Shown here piece after piece: positions 54,701 to 64,000 of a stretch of 64,000 nucleotides of DNA. The translations under genes were made by a program, and so were the position numbers. The notes below the pieces were generated by a model. The model made no database searches. It worked only from the letters and a program-made list of their open reading frames with translations, and was not told the origin of the DNA. The stretch's first letter is position 1. Each line of letters starts with the position of its first letter. Source of the DNA: a virus; IMG/VR virus record IMGVR_UViG_3300035698_012504, positions 186,694 through 250,693 of that record. The stretch is one strand, 5' to 3'.

Positions 54701-57700
54701 CACCATCTATCTCAGTAGGAAGATGTTCTAAATATACCATATCCGTGTTGTCTGTTCTAACTTCAACGGTTTTATTAATTGGTATAAGTTCTTCTCTAGA
54801 TTTATCTATATATCTAGCATTCGCTAATATTTCAAACTCTGCCTTACTTACATATCCATCTCCATTTGGATCAAGGATTTCAAAAAATGCATTGAGATCA
54901 TTGCCGAGCTCTGGAAAATATTCCTGCACCTCTCCATAAGTAACCCTATCGTTTCCAGATTCACCCAAATCACTAAAGTTTAATGGAGAAGTTCTACCTC
55001 CAAAGTAAACATTTCCGCCAAGAATCTGTTCAACATTAGTCATCTCTACATCATCAGTATCATAATAAACATTATCATCTCTATGATTAATAGAATCCAA
55101 ATCATAAAGTCTATATGATCTATATTTCAATCCAGGATATGTATCATCATGCATAGCTAATTCATATGCAACTTGAATTATAACTTCTATATTTAAATCT
55201 TCTTGTGGAAGACTTAGATTTTCTACCTTACTTAAATCACAGGGGATTTCTAAAGTAAAATTCTTACTCGATGGATAATGTTGTTTTAGATCCCAATAAA
55301 GAACTGAGGATCCAAGTGACTTCTCAGAATCTATTGATTCATCTCCACTAACATGTTTATATCTAGACATTACAAAAACTCTAATTGGGCCTGCGCCATA
55401 ATTAAAATTAGTAATTAGATCTATATCAAATCTTAAGTTGCTTTTTGAAGTCCATCTTACAGTAGGATCAACCCCAACATTATTCTGGAGACTAAATTTA
55501 TATATTTCATTATTATAATGTCCATGATTAGGATCATTATATACTGCTAAAGATTGGTATCTACTTGGGCGGAATATAATAGGATCCCTAGTAAGTACTT
55601 CCCTATATGGATTTGAATACAAACTATCTTTAATTACGTCTAACCATGTTTCATCCCATTCATCTTTTGCATGACCCAACAAATCTAGTAGATCATCATA
55701 AGACCAAAATCCTTTATCTAGCATAAATTGAGAAATTAAATCTTCATGGAATTCGTCGATGAGTAATGCATAATCTCCCAATGGATCATCTATTTTATAA
55801 GAAGTAATAAATTCCTTTACTCTTACTCTGAATGGTTTGAAGAAATCTATAATTGGAAATAATTTACTATAAAAATCTAGACCCAATACTATATATGATA
55901 AAGGTACATCAATTATTCCGAGGACTTCTTTTAGATAGTCTTCGAAATCTTTCATAATAGATTCTACAAGATCTTGATCATTACTAATCCCTCTGAAGTA
56001 TTCTAATTCATTTTTAAAATCTTTATTCATTGCTCTTAAAAATGTGCTAGGATTTTTTAATAATGTAAAGAAACTAGTGGAATCATAGTAGTCTAGTGGC
56101 TCTGTAAAATTACTAGTTCTATCTTGAAGTAGATTGTGTCTACTTTTTACATTCCCACTAATTGTAGACCCATATGTTTTATCCCATTTAGAACGGACGC
56201 CGCCCACCTCCTCTGGAAATTCTGTAGAGTCGTTTAAAATAGCTCCTGAGAATCTAGATACATCTGATTTATTCGGAGTATGTCTTAACAGTAATGGTTT
56301 AGTAAAAGATAATTCCTCATACTCTTCAAATACTCTTCTAAATTTATCTTCTGGATCATCGTCAACATCATCCCTAATTCCTGTTAATGTATCTTCTTCA
56401 TCAAAAGGTGCAGACGCACCATTATACATTAAAAATCTTTTATTATCAAATTGAATTTCTTTCCAGGGATAATTATCCATTTCTTTTAATTGCCATTCAT
56501 CATCTGTCCAAATATAATGAGCGCCGTCTAAATTTATAATATCTCCTTCTATTGGGATCTCATATCTATAGGTACCATTATTGTTTGCAAATAATATTAA
56601 ATTAGATACATCTGCAATCGGGTCTCCATCCATAGGATCAGGACTTGGATAAAAACATTGTACACCTTCTCCTAGCAAATATCTATGACCGGCAATCGGA
56701 GGGCCAGTTATACCCAAATCCATATCAGATGTAAATAACAGATCCATTAATTTAGAGTCTTTATATTCTCCAGTGTATACATAATATACTCCATCTAATA
56801 TAAAAACATCACCTCTATCTGGTTTTGATATAGTAGTATCGGTACCATCCCATTCAAAATAATACCCAGTACCACATTGTCCTGATGGTAGTATAATTCC
56901 CTCAGGAAGTATATATTTTTTATTTGCGTACGAGGCTGCGGGGAAAGGTGTAAAATCATTAATAAAATTGTCGGCTGTTAGAAACCCATAAACATCTTCT
57001 GGAACTATATCATTAAATAAATTTCCAATTGATAACATAACTTCCAAGAAAGAAAATGCACCATTTATTTTTGTAAGATAAACATTCTTATAAAAATCAC
57101 CAGACTTAGATGTGTTTAATTTACCACTAGTATCTTCATCAACACTTGAAACTGCTGGTAATCTCACTCCCAAATCTACCCATTCTTCTTCATTCCAAAC
57201 ATAATGGGTATCTGTGTCTACATTTAAAACAACCCAATTTTTTTCTGGTGTTGTAAATAACCAACCATCTGAGTAGGTTGCGATCTGACCATCTCTTCCT
57301 AGGAAATTAGTATCTGCACTATCTCCAATTAAATATATGTCTCCGTTGGTTGGAGAATCGGGAGGAGTAGTAACTTCTGATGTTACATTACTAGATGGGA
57401 TTAATACATATTCTATCCAATATTCATATGTCTCCTGCATCTTCCTAGATAGTATGGCCAAACCAGGGGTAACATCTAATAAGCTGACAGCACCTTCGAT
57501 ACTTATTATTGGTGTAATGGATGGTAATCCAATTACATTTGTAAGATATCCATATTCTAATTGATCTTCTGTTAATCTCCAATATGGGTCTCCATCTATA
57601 AAATCAGCATATGTCATTTCACGCATATACTCTGTATTATTTCTCTGATTTGCAGGAACAATAGGCTGAGACTTAGCATAAAAATCATGGGAAGAACTAT

Positions 57701-59984
57701 AAACAAGAAACAATTCTTGAGTATTAATTTCCATTGTTACTTCGTCACCATTATATGATTCTATTACTGCATCGAAATTTAAGACCATAGCACAATTATG
57801 AGGAGTATCAAATGTAAACGTATCACTAAATGTAACTTCTTCATTTAATCCAACATTATAAATAATAGTTTCATATACTTTATACGATAATCCAGTAGTA
57901 TCAAATGCATTAGAAAATATTCTTAATCTAACTTCTTGACATCTTGGTTGATCTCCATTAACAGAATATACTGTAAAGTTTAAGTTTAAATTATATGTTC
58001 CGGGGTGTAACATATCAGATGTATATGATCGAACATTTGTAGATTTTTCATTCGGATAAGTATTGTATGGTACTGCTGGGGCGGGTACTGTGTGGGGTGG
58101 GGAAAGTCCAATCATGTCATTAAGTATACTGAATGATGAATAAAATCCAGTAATCATGCTTTCATTTTCAAGTCCATCTGATATATCTGCTAATATATCT
58201 GGAAACGTTAGTGTACCATCTCCATCATGATCCATTCGATTGAATACACTCTCCGGAATATAATCTGCACCCATCGCACCTACGAGTGTAGCATATGTAG
58301 CATGGTCAGTTCCTAGCATCTGTCCTATAAGGAATGATAGAAAAAGAAGTCCGAATACTTCAAAATCTGGTATATTGTTCCAGCAGTCATCCAAAGTTAA
58401 TTCCCCATCATGATCAGTATCTAATACATCAAAAAATGTTCTTGGAAATGGCATTCCACCCATCTCATTCCAAAAGTCATTCCATGATACTCTATCACTT
58501 AAAGGATCGATCCCACCGACTATAAATGTTATGTAACTAAAGAAAGCCATGTAATTTGCACCATGCATCAATATATTATCTTCATCTTCATTTCGTAAAT
58601 ATTCCATTAATGAATCATATGATATATATCCAGTTTCATTAGTGTCAACTTCTCTAAAAAAATGTCGAACAATATGCTCAGGATATCCGTCCAGATCGTA
58701 TAGTATAAATACCAAATTGTCTTCAGTTAATCTACCACCACTAATCATATCTGTCCAGGAATCCTCAAGTTCTACAGGATCCATAAGCGATCCTTCCAAT
58801 ATGAGAAGTAAAAAATTCACAAATATAAATTTTAATCTAATATATGGGAGTTGATGAACAGCAGACTGGGGGGTCTCTCTTTTTCTTATCCACCATTCTG
58901 AGATAACTACATCATGTAATCCAAAATACCCCAACACTTTTTTAAGAACATCAGGTGTTCCTTTTTTATGATAGAAGTCTATTAGTTGTAAAAGGAATGT
59001 TGCTTTATTATCCCTAGTTCCTAATTCATGTGGATATGGGAATCCAAAACTTTCAATCAATTCATTTAATTCTTGACCAGATAAAGAGAATGGATCAGTA
59101 GCTACTCTGGCCTGGGTGACATTGGTTTTATTAACTGAGTACCAATCTAATATCATTCTCCTTAATCTTCTATGATCTTCTGTCATAAACGCAGGAACAT
59201 CTATAATAGTTTTAAAATACTCCAGCGCCTTTTGTCGTTCACTGAATGTTAGTTGTGCTAAGTTATCTTCAATACCTAACTCGCGGACAATCCTCTCAAG
59301 AGAATTATCGGAAAATGTAAATTGGCCTCTAAGGGCGGCAGCTTCTGGAATAACATAATCCAAATATGCGTTTCTTATAAATTTTCCACTAGAGTATACA
59401 GAGTATCTAATTTTAAAGACATCTGTTTCTTTTACATATAGTTTACCTATGTCATCTTGAATTTGATAAATAGGAATTCTAGCTAGATCTTCAGATATAG
59501 TTAGATCGATAGTTCCGATCTCTCCACTATTAGTACCCTTTCCTGTAATGGTAACTATATTAGTTTGCTTTAAAGCGGTTACTAATCCAGAACTACTAAC
59601 AGATGCAAACGAAGAATTAGACGAAGCCCATTCTACCGATGTATCATTAGGATCTAATGAAGTAAAGTTAAGAAGCATTGTATTCTTTCCTGCTTCTAAT
59701 AAAAGACCTTGATATGTTTTATAAATATTTGTACCTGACTTCAAATATTTAACAGTTGGAATAACAGTAATAAATTTTTTAGGTTGCCAGGATACTATAA
59801 TCTCGTTTACACTTGAGGATACAGAATAATATTTATCAGATATAACTACATCGTTCAATTCTACTGAATCAACAACGTAACTGTAAATGTCCTCTCCCTG
59901 TCTAAGAAGTTCCATTAGTTTGAAGAAATGTGTTATGCGTTCATGTGGAAATGACGCAAGATTAATCTCAAAATTTTGAGGCAT
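51729..59984 (-). CDS. Giant (2751 aa) virion-associated protein with multiple EF-hand/dockerin-like Ca2+-binding loops
   Basis: Loops DTDHDGELTLDD, DHDGDGTLTFPD, DPNGDGYVSKAEF, DIDGDGKLGITD, DANHDGYLSYEE and DSSGDGKITFDE are spread along the protein. Confidence 0.6.
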   Translation of the reverse strand: MPQNFEINLASFPHERITHFFKLMELLRQGEDIYSYVVDSVELNDVVISDKYYSVSSSVNEIIVSWQPKKFITVIPTVKYLKSGTNIYKTYQGLLLEAGKNTMLLNFTSLDPNDTSVEWASSNSSFASVSSSGLVTALKQTNIVTITGKGTNSGEIGTIDLTISEDLARIPIYQIQDDIGKLYVKETDVFKIRYSVYSSGKFIRNAYLDYVIPEAAALRGQFTFSDNSLERIVRELGIEDNLAQLTFSERQKALEYFKTIIDVPAFMTEDHRRLRRMILDWYSVNKTNVTQARVATDPFSLSGQELNELIESFGFPYPHELGTRDNKATFLLQLIDFYHKKGTPDVLKKVLGYFGLHDVVISEWWIRKRETPQSAVHQLPYIRLKFIFVNFLLLILEGSLMDPVELEDSWTDMISGGRLTEDNLVFILYDLDGYPEHIVRHFFREVDTNETGYISYDSLMEYLRNEDEDNILMHGANYMAFFSYITFIVGGIDPLSDRVSWNDFWNEMGGMPFPRTFFDVLDTDHDGELTLDDCWNNIPDFEVFGLLFLSFLIGQMLGTDHATYATLVGAMGADYIPESVFNRMDHDGDGTLTFPDILADISDGLENESMITGFYSSFSILNDMIGLSPPHTVPAPAVPYNTYPNEKSTNVRSYTSDMLHPGTYNLNLNFTVYSVNGDQPRCQEVRLRIFSNAFDTTGLSYKVYETIIYNVGLNEEVTFSDTFTFDTPHNCAMVLNFDAVIESYNGDEVTMEINTQELFLVYSSSHDFYAKSQPIVPANQRNNTEYMREMTYADFIDGDPYWRLTEDQLEYGYLTNVIGLPSITPIISIEGAVSLLDVTPGLAILSRKMQETYEYWIEYVLIPSSNVTSEVTTPPDSPTNGDIYLIGDSADTNFLGRDGQIATYSDGWLFTTPEKNWVVLNVDTDTHYVWNEEEWVDLGVRLPAVSSVDEDTSGKLNTSKSGDFYKNVYLTKINGAFSFLEVMLSIGNLFNDIVPEDVYGFLTADNFINDFTPFPAASYANKKYILPEGIILPSGQCGTGYYFEWDGTDTTISKPDRGDVFILDGVYYVYTGEYKDSKLMDLLFTSDMDLGITGPPIAGHRYLLGEGVQCFYPSPDPMDGDPIADVSNLILFANNNGTYRYEIPIEGDIINLDGAHYIWTDDEWQLKEMDNYPWKEIQFDNKRFLMYNGASAPFDEEDTLTGIRDDVDDDPEDKFRRVFEEYEELSFTKPLLLRHTPNKSDVSRFSGAILNDSTEFPEEVGGVRSKWDKTYGSTISGNVKSRHNLLQDRTSNFTEPLDYYDSTSFFTLLKNPSTFLRAMNKDFKNELEYFRGISNDQDLVESIMKDFEDYLKEVLGIIDVPLSYIVLGLDFYSKLFPIIDFFKPFRVRVKEFITSYKIDDPLGDYALLIDEFHEDLISQFMLDKGFWSYDDLLDLLGHAKDEWDETWLDVIKDSLYSNPYREVLTRDPIIFRPSRYQSLAVYNDPNHGHYNNEIYKFSLQNNVGVDPTVRWTSKSNLRFDIDLITNFNYGAGPIRVFVMSRYKHVSGDESIDSEKSLGSSVLYWDLKQHYPSSKNFTLEIPCDLSKVENLSLPQEDLNIEVIIQVAYELAMHDDTYPGLKYRSYRLYDLDSINHRDDNVYYDTDDVEMTNVEQILGGNVYFGGRTSPLNFSDLGESGNDRVTYGEVQEYFPELGNDLNAFFEILDPNGDGYVSKAEFEILANARYIDKSREELIPINKTVEVRTDNTDMVYLEHLPTEIDGVPTTINDLHGAGFDVVMYPSVLHLLDYNISILDEMFVETSHWNLDEGLSKDSLVPLSDSLISDNKTFTIRFTDMYDEEDGVVEQIAQGLLWRYYINDDQERVLIDESELANIINMDIEVILPFIPEVRHNIMKVVTETIAIGETNLELCNDYFLPSREQAAFMAWNSWNGLMASHVNWINFNDLIEDFILTNLNAIHRLDALEITRKIFRHLDRKYSSNGRITSSAMFDRFPKGLIAFDLNNYLVLHHDEMETNGYLTYSEALVTIPGTSERAQISQELFNDMDIDGDGKLGITDLVGSYGLPIYAYILLIPSFAQLDANHDGYLSYEETGAYHGYTPESDWLLYCDSNGLMSLERLQEIVVNPNAYILESLTQADDVIFEVGRGPIYGHTHYSTYQSIPAGEYDLSYEFRMYEGDDDKVSMRTICTVTIDNPETGDILFRKEYREPEEISRILVEETIDIEADINQLRFTAQASYGKDSADAPIIKSIHPSLTCSSCVGEIPESRLSLTFEEPIREDIYGSYYSMAWFTYNKKLVTTCSNEDSGLLYPGMTYKIEIDCYTIPNDDADETFSVRTSMTKNGSSPLCYLEPKLELEVNKFYTLTYEQVIVNQGEDICEYSKFYIEAMYDSTTHGNPVAPIPDFYVSSVKITPILISEEGDISSVEDRLTTDRIITSEVILAKEISERSTTIMDALANEFSIYPTRDLLISSGIIDSTEIVECGPPVKEIITALPDSPSDGDRYIMNLLSIPSATELGNNIDNYVVTYNETTGRWSKEEYPSYLDVLFNEKNATYYMFNNNRWVKTDGRIPDDEEMDLVDLVIVDQCPGHETLLDMSECYDRVEIEEIEVPSTAPTTAEYAKSNFAHYIIHHFNGVDLDDNQKLSVEELRSIIGEATGAAEQYMNVYDINDDLVLTISELEESAIVPPHNYIVAAIMYSKFGQIDSSGDGKITFDEVREEFPDLSWIDFSEFCTNPDIGVTISDLSSYLNIT

Positions 59985-59986
59985 TA

Positions 59987-60829
59987 TTACTCTCCCTGAT
60001 ACTCTATATAATAATCAATTATCAATACATCTCCCTCCTCGAAAGAAGAACTAAACCCGTCCCATCCAAAAATAAAATTACTTTCTCCTATTACTATTCC
60101 ATATTCTGTACTCTCCAATAAATCACCATCCTTATAAACAAACCTATCTGTTCCTGTGTATGGTAAATCAGAAACAACTATATATCCAAGAGTCACGTCG
60201 CTCTCGGTAATAGTTCTTCGGTATCTACGTATTACTAAATTAATCTCATCACCTTCTACTAGATACGCCCAAGCTTTAATTTTTTTATGTGCCTCGTTTA
60301 TCAGATATGTTTCAAAAAGATTAGATAACACATCATCACTATCGCTAAATATAGTAGATAAATTTATATTTTCATATTCATTATTAATCATAAGATCTAA
60401 ATATAGATAGATTAATTTAGAAAGTTTGGTTGATAAGGTACTATAGGTCACAGTGGTCAGATCACACGTCTGTGTTGTCCTGTAATCAAATAAAAGCTCT
60501 AACATGGGTAAAGAGTCCTCTAGATCTAAAACGTCCTCTGAGCCCGTCTCACTAGTCTTATAGCAATAAACCGTTCCTCTTTTAAAATGTATTCTATCTC
60601 TTATTGGTAATGAAAATGAGGTTAATGTAACTGACTCAAACAGATGATTATATGAAGAAGAACTGAAGGAACTAGAGAACAACAATTCTAATACAGAGTC
60701 ATCTGGGATATCATCCGTAATATTTGATTCATGTGTAGATGTTGCTATGTTATACGTTGTTATTTCGCCATACGTATCCCAGTAACTCTTAAAAAAATAA
60801 TCTAATTCTGGTATAAAGTTAGTTGCCAT
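59987..60829 (-). CDS. Hypothetical virion protein
   Basis: 280-aa ORF, 2 nt upstream of the giant gene. Confidence 0.4.
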   Translation of the reverse strand: MATNFIPELDYFFKSYWDTYGEITTYNIATSTHESNITDDIPDDSVLELLFSSSFSSSSYNHLFESVTLTSFSLPIRDRIHFKRGTVYCYKTSETGSEDVLDLEDSLPMLELLFDYRTTQTCDLTTVTYSTLSTKLSKLIYLYLDLMINNEYENINLSTIFSDSDDVLSNLFETYLINEAHKKIKAWAYLVEGDEINLVIRRYRRTITESDVTLGYIVVSDLPYTGTDRFVYKDGDLLESTEYGIVIGESNFIFGWDGFSSSFEEGDVLIIDYYIEYQGE

Positions 60830-60846
60830 ATCGGTTGTATGCTCCT

Positions 60847-61668
60847 TTAATCGCTAAAGTATTTCTCAAATGCTGAGTTTATAGTAATATATACTTTTTT
60901 AATACCCGATCTACTTGAGATAGCCATTCGATTGTTATTAAATATAACTCCCATTATAGAAACTAATTCCTTTATCTGATTTTCAGATGATACTGAAATA
61001 GGTCTAGGTACTGTTGCTGATTGAAACACTAAATCATAATCAAATATTCCGTTCTCGTCTAGGTATATTTGAGTTTTTGCTGTGGCCCAATCTTCATCTA
61101 GTTCCGAATATAATTCAAGGTCTTCCATTGGATTATTTTCATATATACTATTATACTCTTGTATTGCTGTTGGAATTCCAAATGGGATCATATTATATTT
61201 AATTATCGTTATTAATACTGCAAGCTTCACTTCTTCTAATTCATAATTAAGTATAAATGCTAAAACTATAGCAGACATTAGATCTTCATTTAAAACAGAA
61301 GCAAACATCCTAGGTATAGATGTTAATTGTTCAACCTCCGCTGCCGTTTCACAATCTAATGCTCGCTTCATTCTAGAATTTGTAATAACAGTATCGGCAT
61401 TTTCTTTTAAACGTGTTAATAACTCATCTGCATCATCGGACCCTTCATCAAAGTCAAAAATAAATGTAGACATATTCGCTTTTAAATCAGCTATTGTTGT
61501 TACCGTAGTGGTTGGGTCTCCCTCGAATGAATCTATAAATGTATCTATTGTTTCCACCATAAATTCTATTTGGCTATAATAACTGACCAACTTTGAGATT
61601 ATCTCTGATAATCCCACATACCCGATATTTACATCGACAGCCATCAGTAATATATTATTTAATGCCAT
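60847..61668 (-). CDS. Hypothetical virion protein
   Basis: 273-aa ORF. Promoter-like motif 33 nt upstream. Confidence 0.4.
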   Translation of the reverse strand: MALNNILLMAVDVNIGYVGLSEIISKLVSYYSQIEFMVETIDTFIDSFEGDPTTTVTTIADLKANMSTFIFDFDEGSDDADELLTRLKENADTVITNSRMKRALDCETAAEVEQLTSIPRMFASVLNEDLMSAIVLAFILNYELEEVKLAVLITIIKYNMIPFGIPTAIQEYNSIYENNPMEDLELYSELDEDWATAKTQIYLDENGIFDYDLVFQSATVPRPISVSSENQIKELVSIMGVIFNNNRMAISSRSGIKKVYITINSAFEKYFSD

Positions 61669-61696
61669 TATAATATTTCTCTCTTTCTATTTATCA

Positions 61697-61711
61697 AAAA
61701 TTTGTCCGCAA
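61697..61711 (-). promoter_or_regulatory. Promoter-like motif (GGACAAA core)
   Basis: aaaatttgtccgcaa. Confidence 0.4.
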
Positions 61712-61828
61712 ATAGATTGGACATTTCTTTTTCTATATATTATTAAAAAGGGCCGGATTCAATAGAATCCGACCCTTCCAATAATTTAAACAATTATTAT
61801 ATGATAAGGAAGGAGTTCCTTATTATTC

Positions 61829-63346
61829 TTATGCCTTGGCTTTTCTAGCCTGCCAAGATGAAATCTTGTTCTGGATAGAACGTCTGCATTTCTCAGGATT
61901 CTTAGCATCTTTACATGCGCGAGACTGAGAGCGTAGGGCTTTAATTGCTTGGTCAGCAGCTTGTCCACGATTCTTACCAGAACCTTTAGCTTTCTTATAT
62001 GCTAAAGCTCCTGCGGCAGAAGCTGCGGCCACGCCTGTAACAGCCAACCCAACTTTACCAGCTTTGGATTTCATAGCCTTGGCAACGTTACCAGCTGCGT
62101 TGGACAATCCTTTTCTCATTTTACCAACTTTTTCATTTCCTTTAACTGCACCAATTTTACCAGTTACATAACTCTTGGCACCAGCAGCTTTTCTAGCAAC
62201 ATAACCAGCTTTATCTTTAGCTACGGCCTTGATTTTATGTTTTCCAAGAGCTGTGCCTGTTCTAGATACAGCATTACCTGCTCTAGTTGCGCCTTTACCA
62301 GCAAGTGCTGCAGCTCTCTTACCACCTTTTACTGCAAGATTTTTAGCAGCTATAATCTGTTTTCTTACAGCTTCTATCATTTTACCAATTCTTTCTCTAG
62401 CAGCACCGGCTGCCTTACTTAACTTGGCTCTTAACTCTTTAAGTTTCAGCTGAAGCTTCCATACCGTACCTCTAACTTTAGAGTCTGTTACGGAACCACC
62501 AGAACGGCTGGATGTAGCAGTATACTCGGATAGTTCAATCTGACTCCACTCTTCAAGAATTGATGGGCTTCCTTCAATTTCAAAGATCTTGTTTGATTCA
62601 ACTATTAACTCAGTAACTTGTTGGATAGATGGGGTAAGATTATGAGTACCATATGCTAGATTATATTGAATTGCTTCATCTATAATGTAAGCCATTACTG
62701 ATTCATCAGTAATAGACCATCTTTCAAATAATGATCTAAGTCCAGCAACATCTAAGTCACCTTCTTCTAGTACATATATATCTTCGTCATCATCCTCGTA
62801 GTCTTCTGCTAACAGATCTTCGTCGAGATCTAAGTCTTGAGCACCTTCGGATAAATAAGAAATAAGATTCTCATTTACACGACCAGTAGATTCAGTAACA
62901 TATCCGTCACTAATATCTTCTGTTAATGATGCTTCGCCTTCAGTTTCATATCTTAATTTGGCTTCTTCAAGGGACAAAGCTACCTCATAAGTAACAAGAT
63001 CTAAAGAGACGGGGGCGTCGGCTTCTTCAAGATAATCGGGCTCAAGGGCTCCAATCATCTCAAGAATTGGTTGAATTGTTTCGTTCATAAAATTGGCAAT
63101 GTGCTCTTCTTTAAATACAGTATTCTCAATGACTTCCAAATGCCGAAGCTTATCTTCTGCTGGAGTGGAACTCTCCAATACTATACCACGAAGAGAATCT
63201 CTCATCGCTTCTTCTGTAAGAAAATCAAGCTCGGCATATATTTCAGAATCTGATTCGTCAATATCAATACCGTCTTCTATTCCTTGAAGGACTCCGTCAC
63301 TGCCTTCAGTGAGATAAAAGTCCAAAATTTCAAATTGCTTACTCAT
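61829..63346 (-). CDS. Virion protein with acidic N-terminal half and very basic Lys/Ala-rich C-terminal half
   Basis: 505-aa ORF. Promoter-like motif about 80 nt upstream. Confidence 0.4.
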   Translation of the reverse strand: MSKQFEILDFYLTEGSDGVLQGIEDGIDIDESDSEIYAELDFLTEEAMRDSLRGIVLESSTPAEDKLRHLEVIENTVFKEEHIANFMNETIQPILEMIGALEPDYLEEADAPVSLDLVTYEVALSLEEAKLRYETEGEASLTEDISDGYVTESTGRVNENLISYLSEGAQDLDLDEDLLAEDYEDDDEDIYVLEEGDLDVAGLRSLFERWSITDESVMAYIIDEAIQYNLAYGTHNLTPSIQQVTELIVESNKIFEIEGSPSILEEWSQIELSEYTATSSRSGGSVTDSKVRGTVWKLQLKLKELRAKLSKAAGAARERIGKMIEAVRKQIIAAKNLAVKGGKRAAALAGKGATRAGNAVSRTGTALGKHKIKAVAKDKAGYVARKAAGAKSYVTGKIGAVKGNEKVGKMRKGLSNAAGNVAKAMKSKAGKVGLAVTGVAAASAAGALAYKKAKGSGKNRGQAADQAIKALRSQSRACKDAKNPEKCRRSIQNKISSWQARKAKA

Positions 63347-63421
63347 TATTAATTCCTCCTATTTAATTGCAGGATATTTGCACTTATTTTTGTTTTACGT
63401 TATTATAAAGCAAAACCTTTA

Positions 63422-63435
63422 TAATTTGTCCTCAA
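63422..63435 (-). promoter_or_regulatory. Promoter-like motif (GGACAAA core)
   Basis: taatttgtcctcaa. Confidence 0.4.
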
Positions 63436-63440
63436 AATAA

Positions 63441-63989
63441 TTACTTAGAAAAATACTTCAGATACGCCTCCGAAGTAAACTTTAAAATCGACACGGTAAC
63501 GGATCCAGCCATGCCTCCAGAATCACTTCCCATAGCCTGATAATTTGCAGCACTAGTAGATACGTGTCTGGCACACGCTGCCAAAGCTGGTTTAGATCCA
63601 TTCTTTAAAAGAGCGGCTACTTTTCTAGAAGTAGATGTGTCTGGTGCAGCTTTAGATATAGATGAATATACTTTTTTAGTACTTACTACAGTTTTTCCTA
63701 ATGTTTTTAATGGTTTTAACATATCTCTAAATAAAGAAAATATTTCAAATACTACGACAGATAATACTGTTATCATTATAAGAACTGGAGATGATATTAA
63801 TAAAAAAAGAAATAAAGATATTAAAAAAAGAATTAGAGTTGCTACGTATAGCGAAGCCATTATCCAAGAAGCTAGACCAGTACCATATACTGTTCTCACC
63901 TCATTGAATAATTCTCCAAAACCTTTTAAAAGAACTTTAATTGCTGATGTTATATTTTCAGATTTAATTGATTTAACAAACTCTGGCAA
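63441..63989 (-). CDS. Membrane protein
   Basis: 182-aa ORF with a central hydrophobic helix. Confidence 0.4.
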   Translation of the reverse strand: MPEFVKSIKSENITSAIKVLLKGFGELFNEVRTVYGTGLASWIMASLYVATLILFLISLFLFLLISSPVLIMITVLSVVVFEIFSLFRDMLKPLKTLGKTVVSTKKVYSSISKAAPDTSTSRKVAALLKNGSKPALAACARHVSTSAANYQAMGSDSGGMAGSVTVSILKFTSEAYLKYFSK

Positions 63990-64000
63990 GACTTTCTTAG

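Noticed and set aside
1-64000. CRISPR array, integrase/transposase or prophage att sites
   Set aside because: No regularly spaced direct repeats, no tyrosine/serine recombinase or transposase-like ORFs and no duplicated tRNA 3' ends flanking the window were seen. The tRNA fragment at 24601 has no matching direct repeat.

Overview
This window reads as roughly 64 kb of a large, AT-rich tailed phage (myovirus-type) genome from a bacterial host. Several short GC-rich islands are embedded in it. The genes sit in four strand blocks: + from 1-7416, - from 7417-17053, + from 17436-48465, - from 48652-63989.

Structural genes. A 5'-partial tape-measure-like protein carries a C-terminal M23 peptidase domain. 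There is a gp25/GpW-like baseplate wedge protein, a large gp6/J-like candidate, and a contractile tail sheath gene. A 2751-aa virion protein carries multiple EF-hand/dockerin-like Ca-binding loops.

Homing endonucleases. Seven are scattered through the window: five HNH enzymes (three of which carry 2, 3 and 5 tandem Zn-ribbon modules), one GIY-YIG, and one LAGLIDADG.

RNA genes. A tmRNA (ssrA) appears to be interrupted in its T-loop by a ~670-nt intron. That intron carries the LAGLIDADG gene in antisense orientation. Standard tRNAs read Arg(TCT), Ile(GAT), Asn(GTT), Gln(TTG), Pro(TGG), two CAT (Met/Ile2) and Ser(TGA). There are also unusual tRNA-like loci. One tRNA gene has a ~60-nt insertion in the anticodon region. 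One is a type-II-shaped tRNA with a TGT anticodon. One is a 3' tRNA fragment lying between two HNH genes. One candidate is a circularly permuted or rearranged tRNA.

Auxiliary metabolism. Four genes between 25.8 and 43.7 kb together encode a complete deamidated NAD+ salvage route: nicotinamidase PncA, nicotinate phosphoribosyltransferase PncB, an NMN/NaMN adenylyltransferase (NadM-type) and a glutamine-dependent NAD synthetase NadE. They are accompanied by a proteasomal-ATPase-like AAA+ protein and a DHH phosphoesterase. I read this as a candidate anti-defence NAD-reconstitution pathway that differs from the published NARP1 and NARP2 arrangements. PncA is immediately followed by a vWA / PP2C-like phosphatase / Ser-Thr-kinase-like trio resembling the TerY-P triad. 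PncA and vWA have high GC and the two downstream genes have phage-like low GC, so the trio has a mixed evolutionary origin.

Other content. A secreted clan GH-A glycoside hydrolase ends in a Trp/Arg-rich tail. There is a 44-aa prepilin-like ORF, a tandem family of small 2-TM membrane proteins, and several Zn-ribbon mini-ORFs. A motif TTTGTCC (GGACAAA on the sense strand) recurs about 10 times upstream of genes and is probably a phage promoter element. No CRISPR array and no integrase or transposase were seen.
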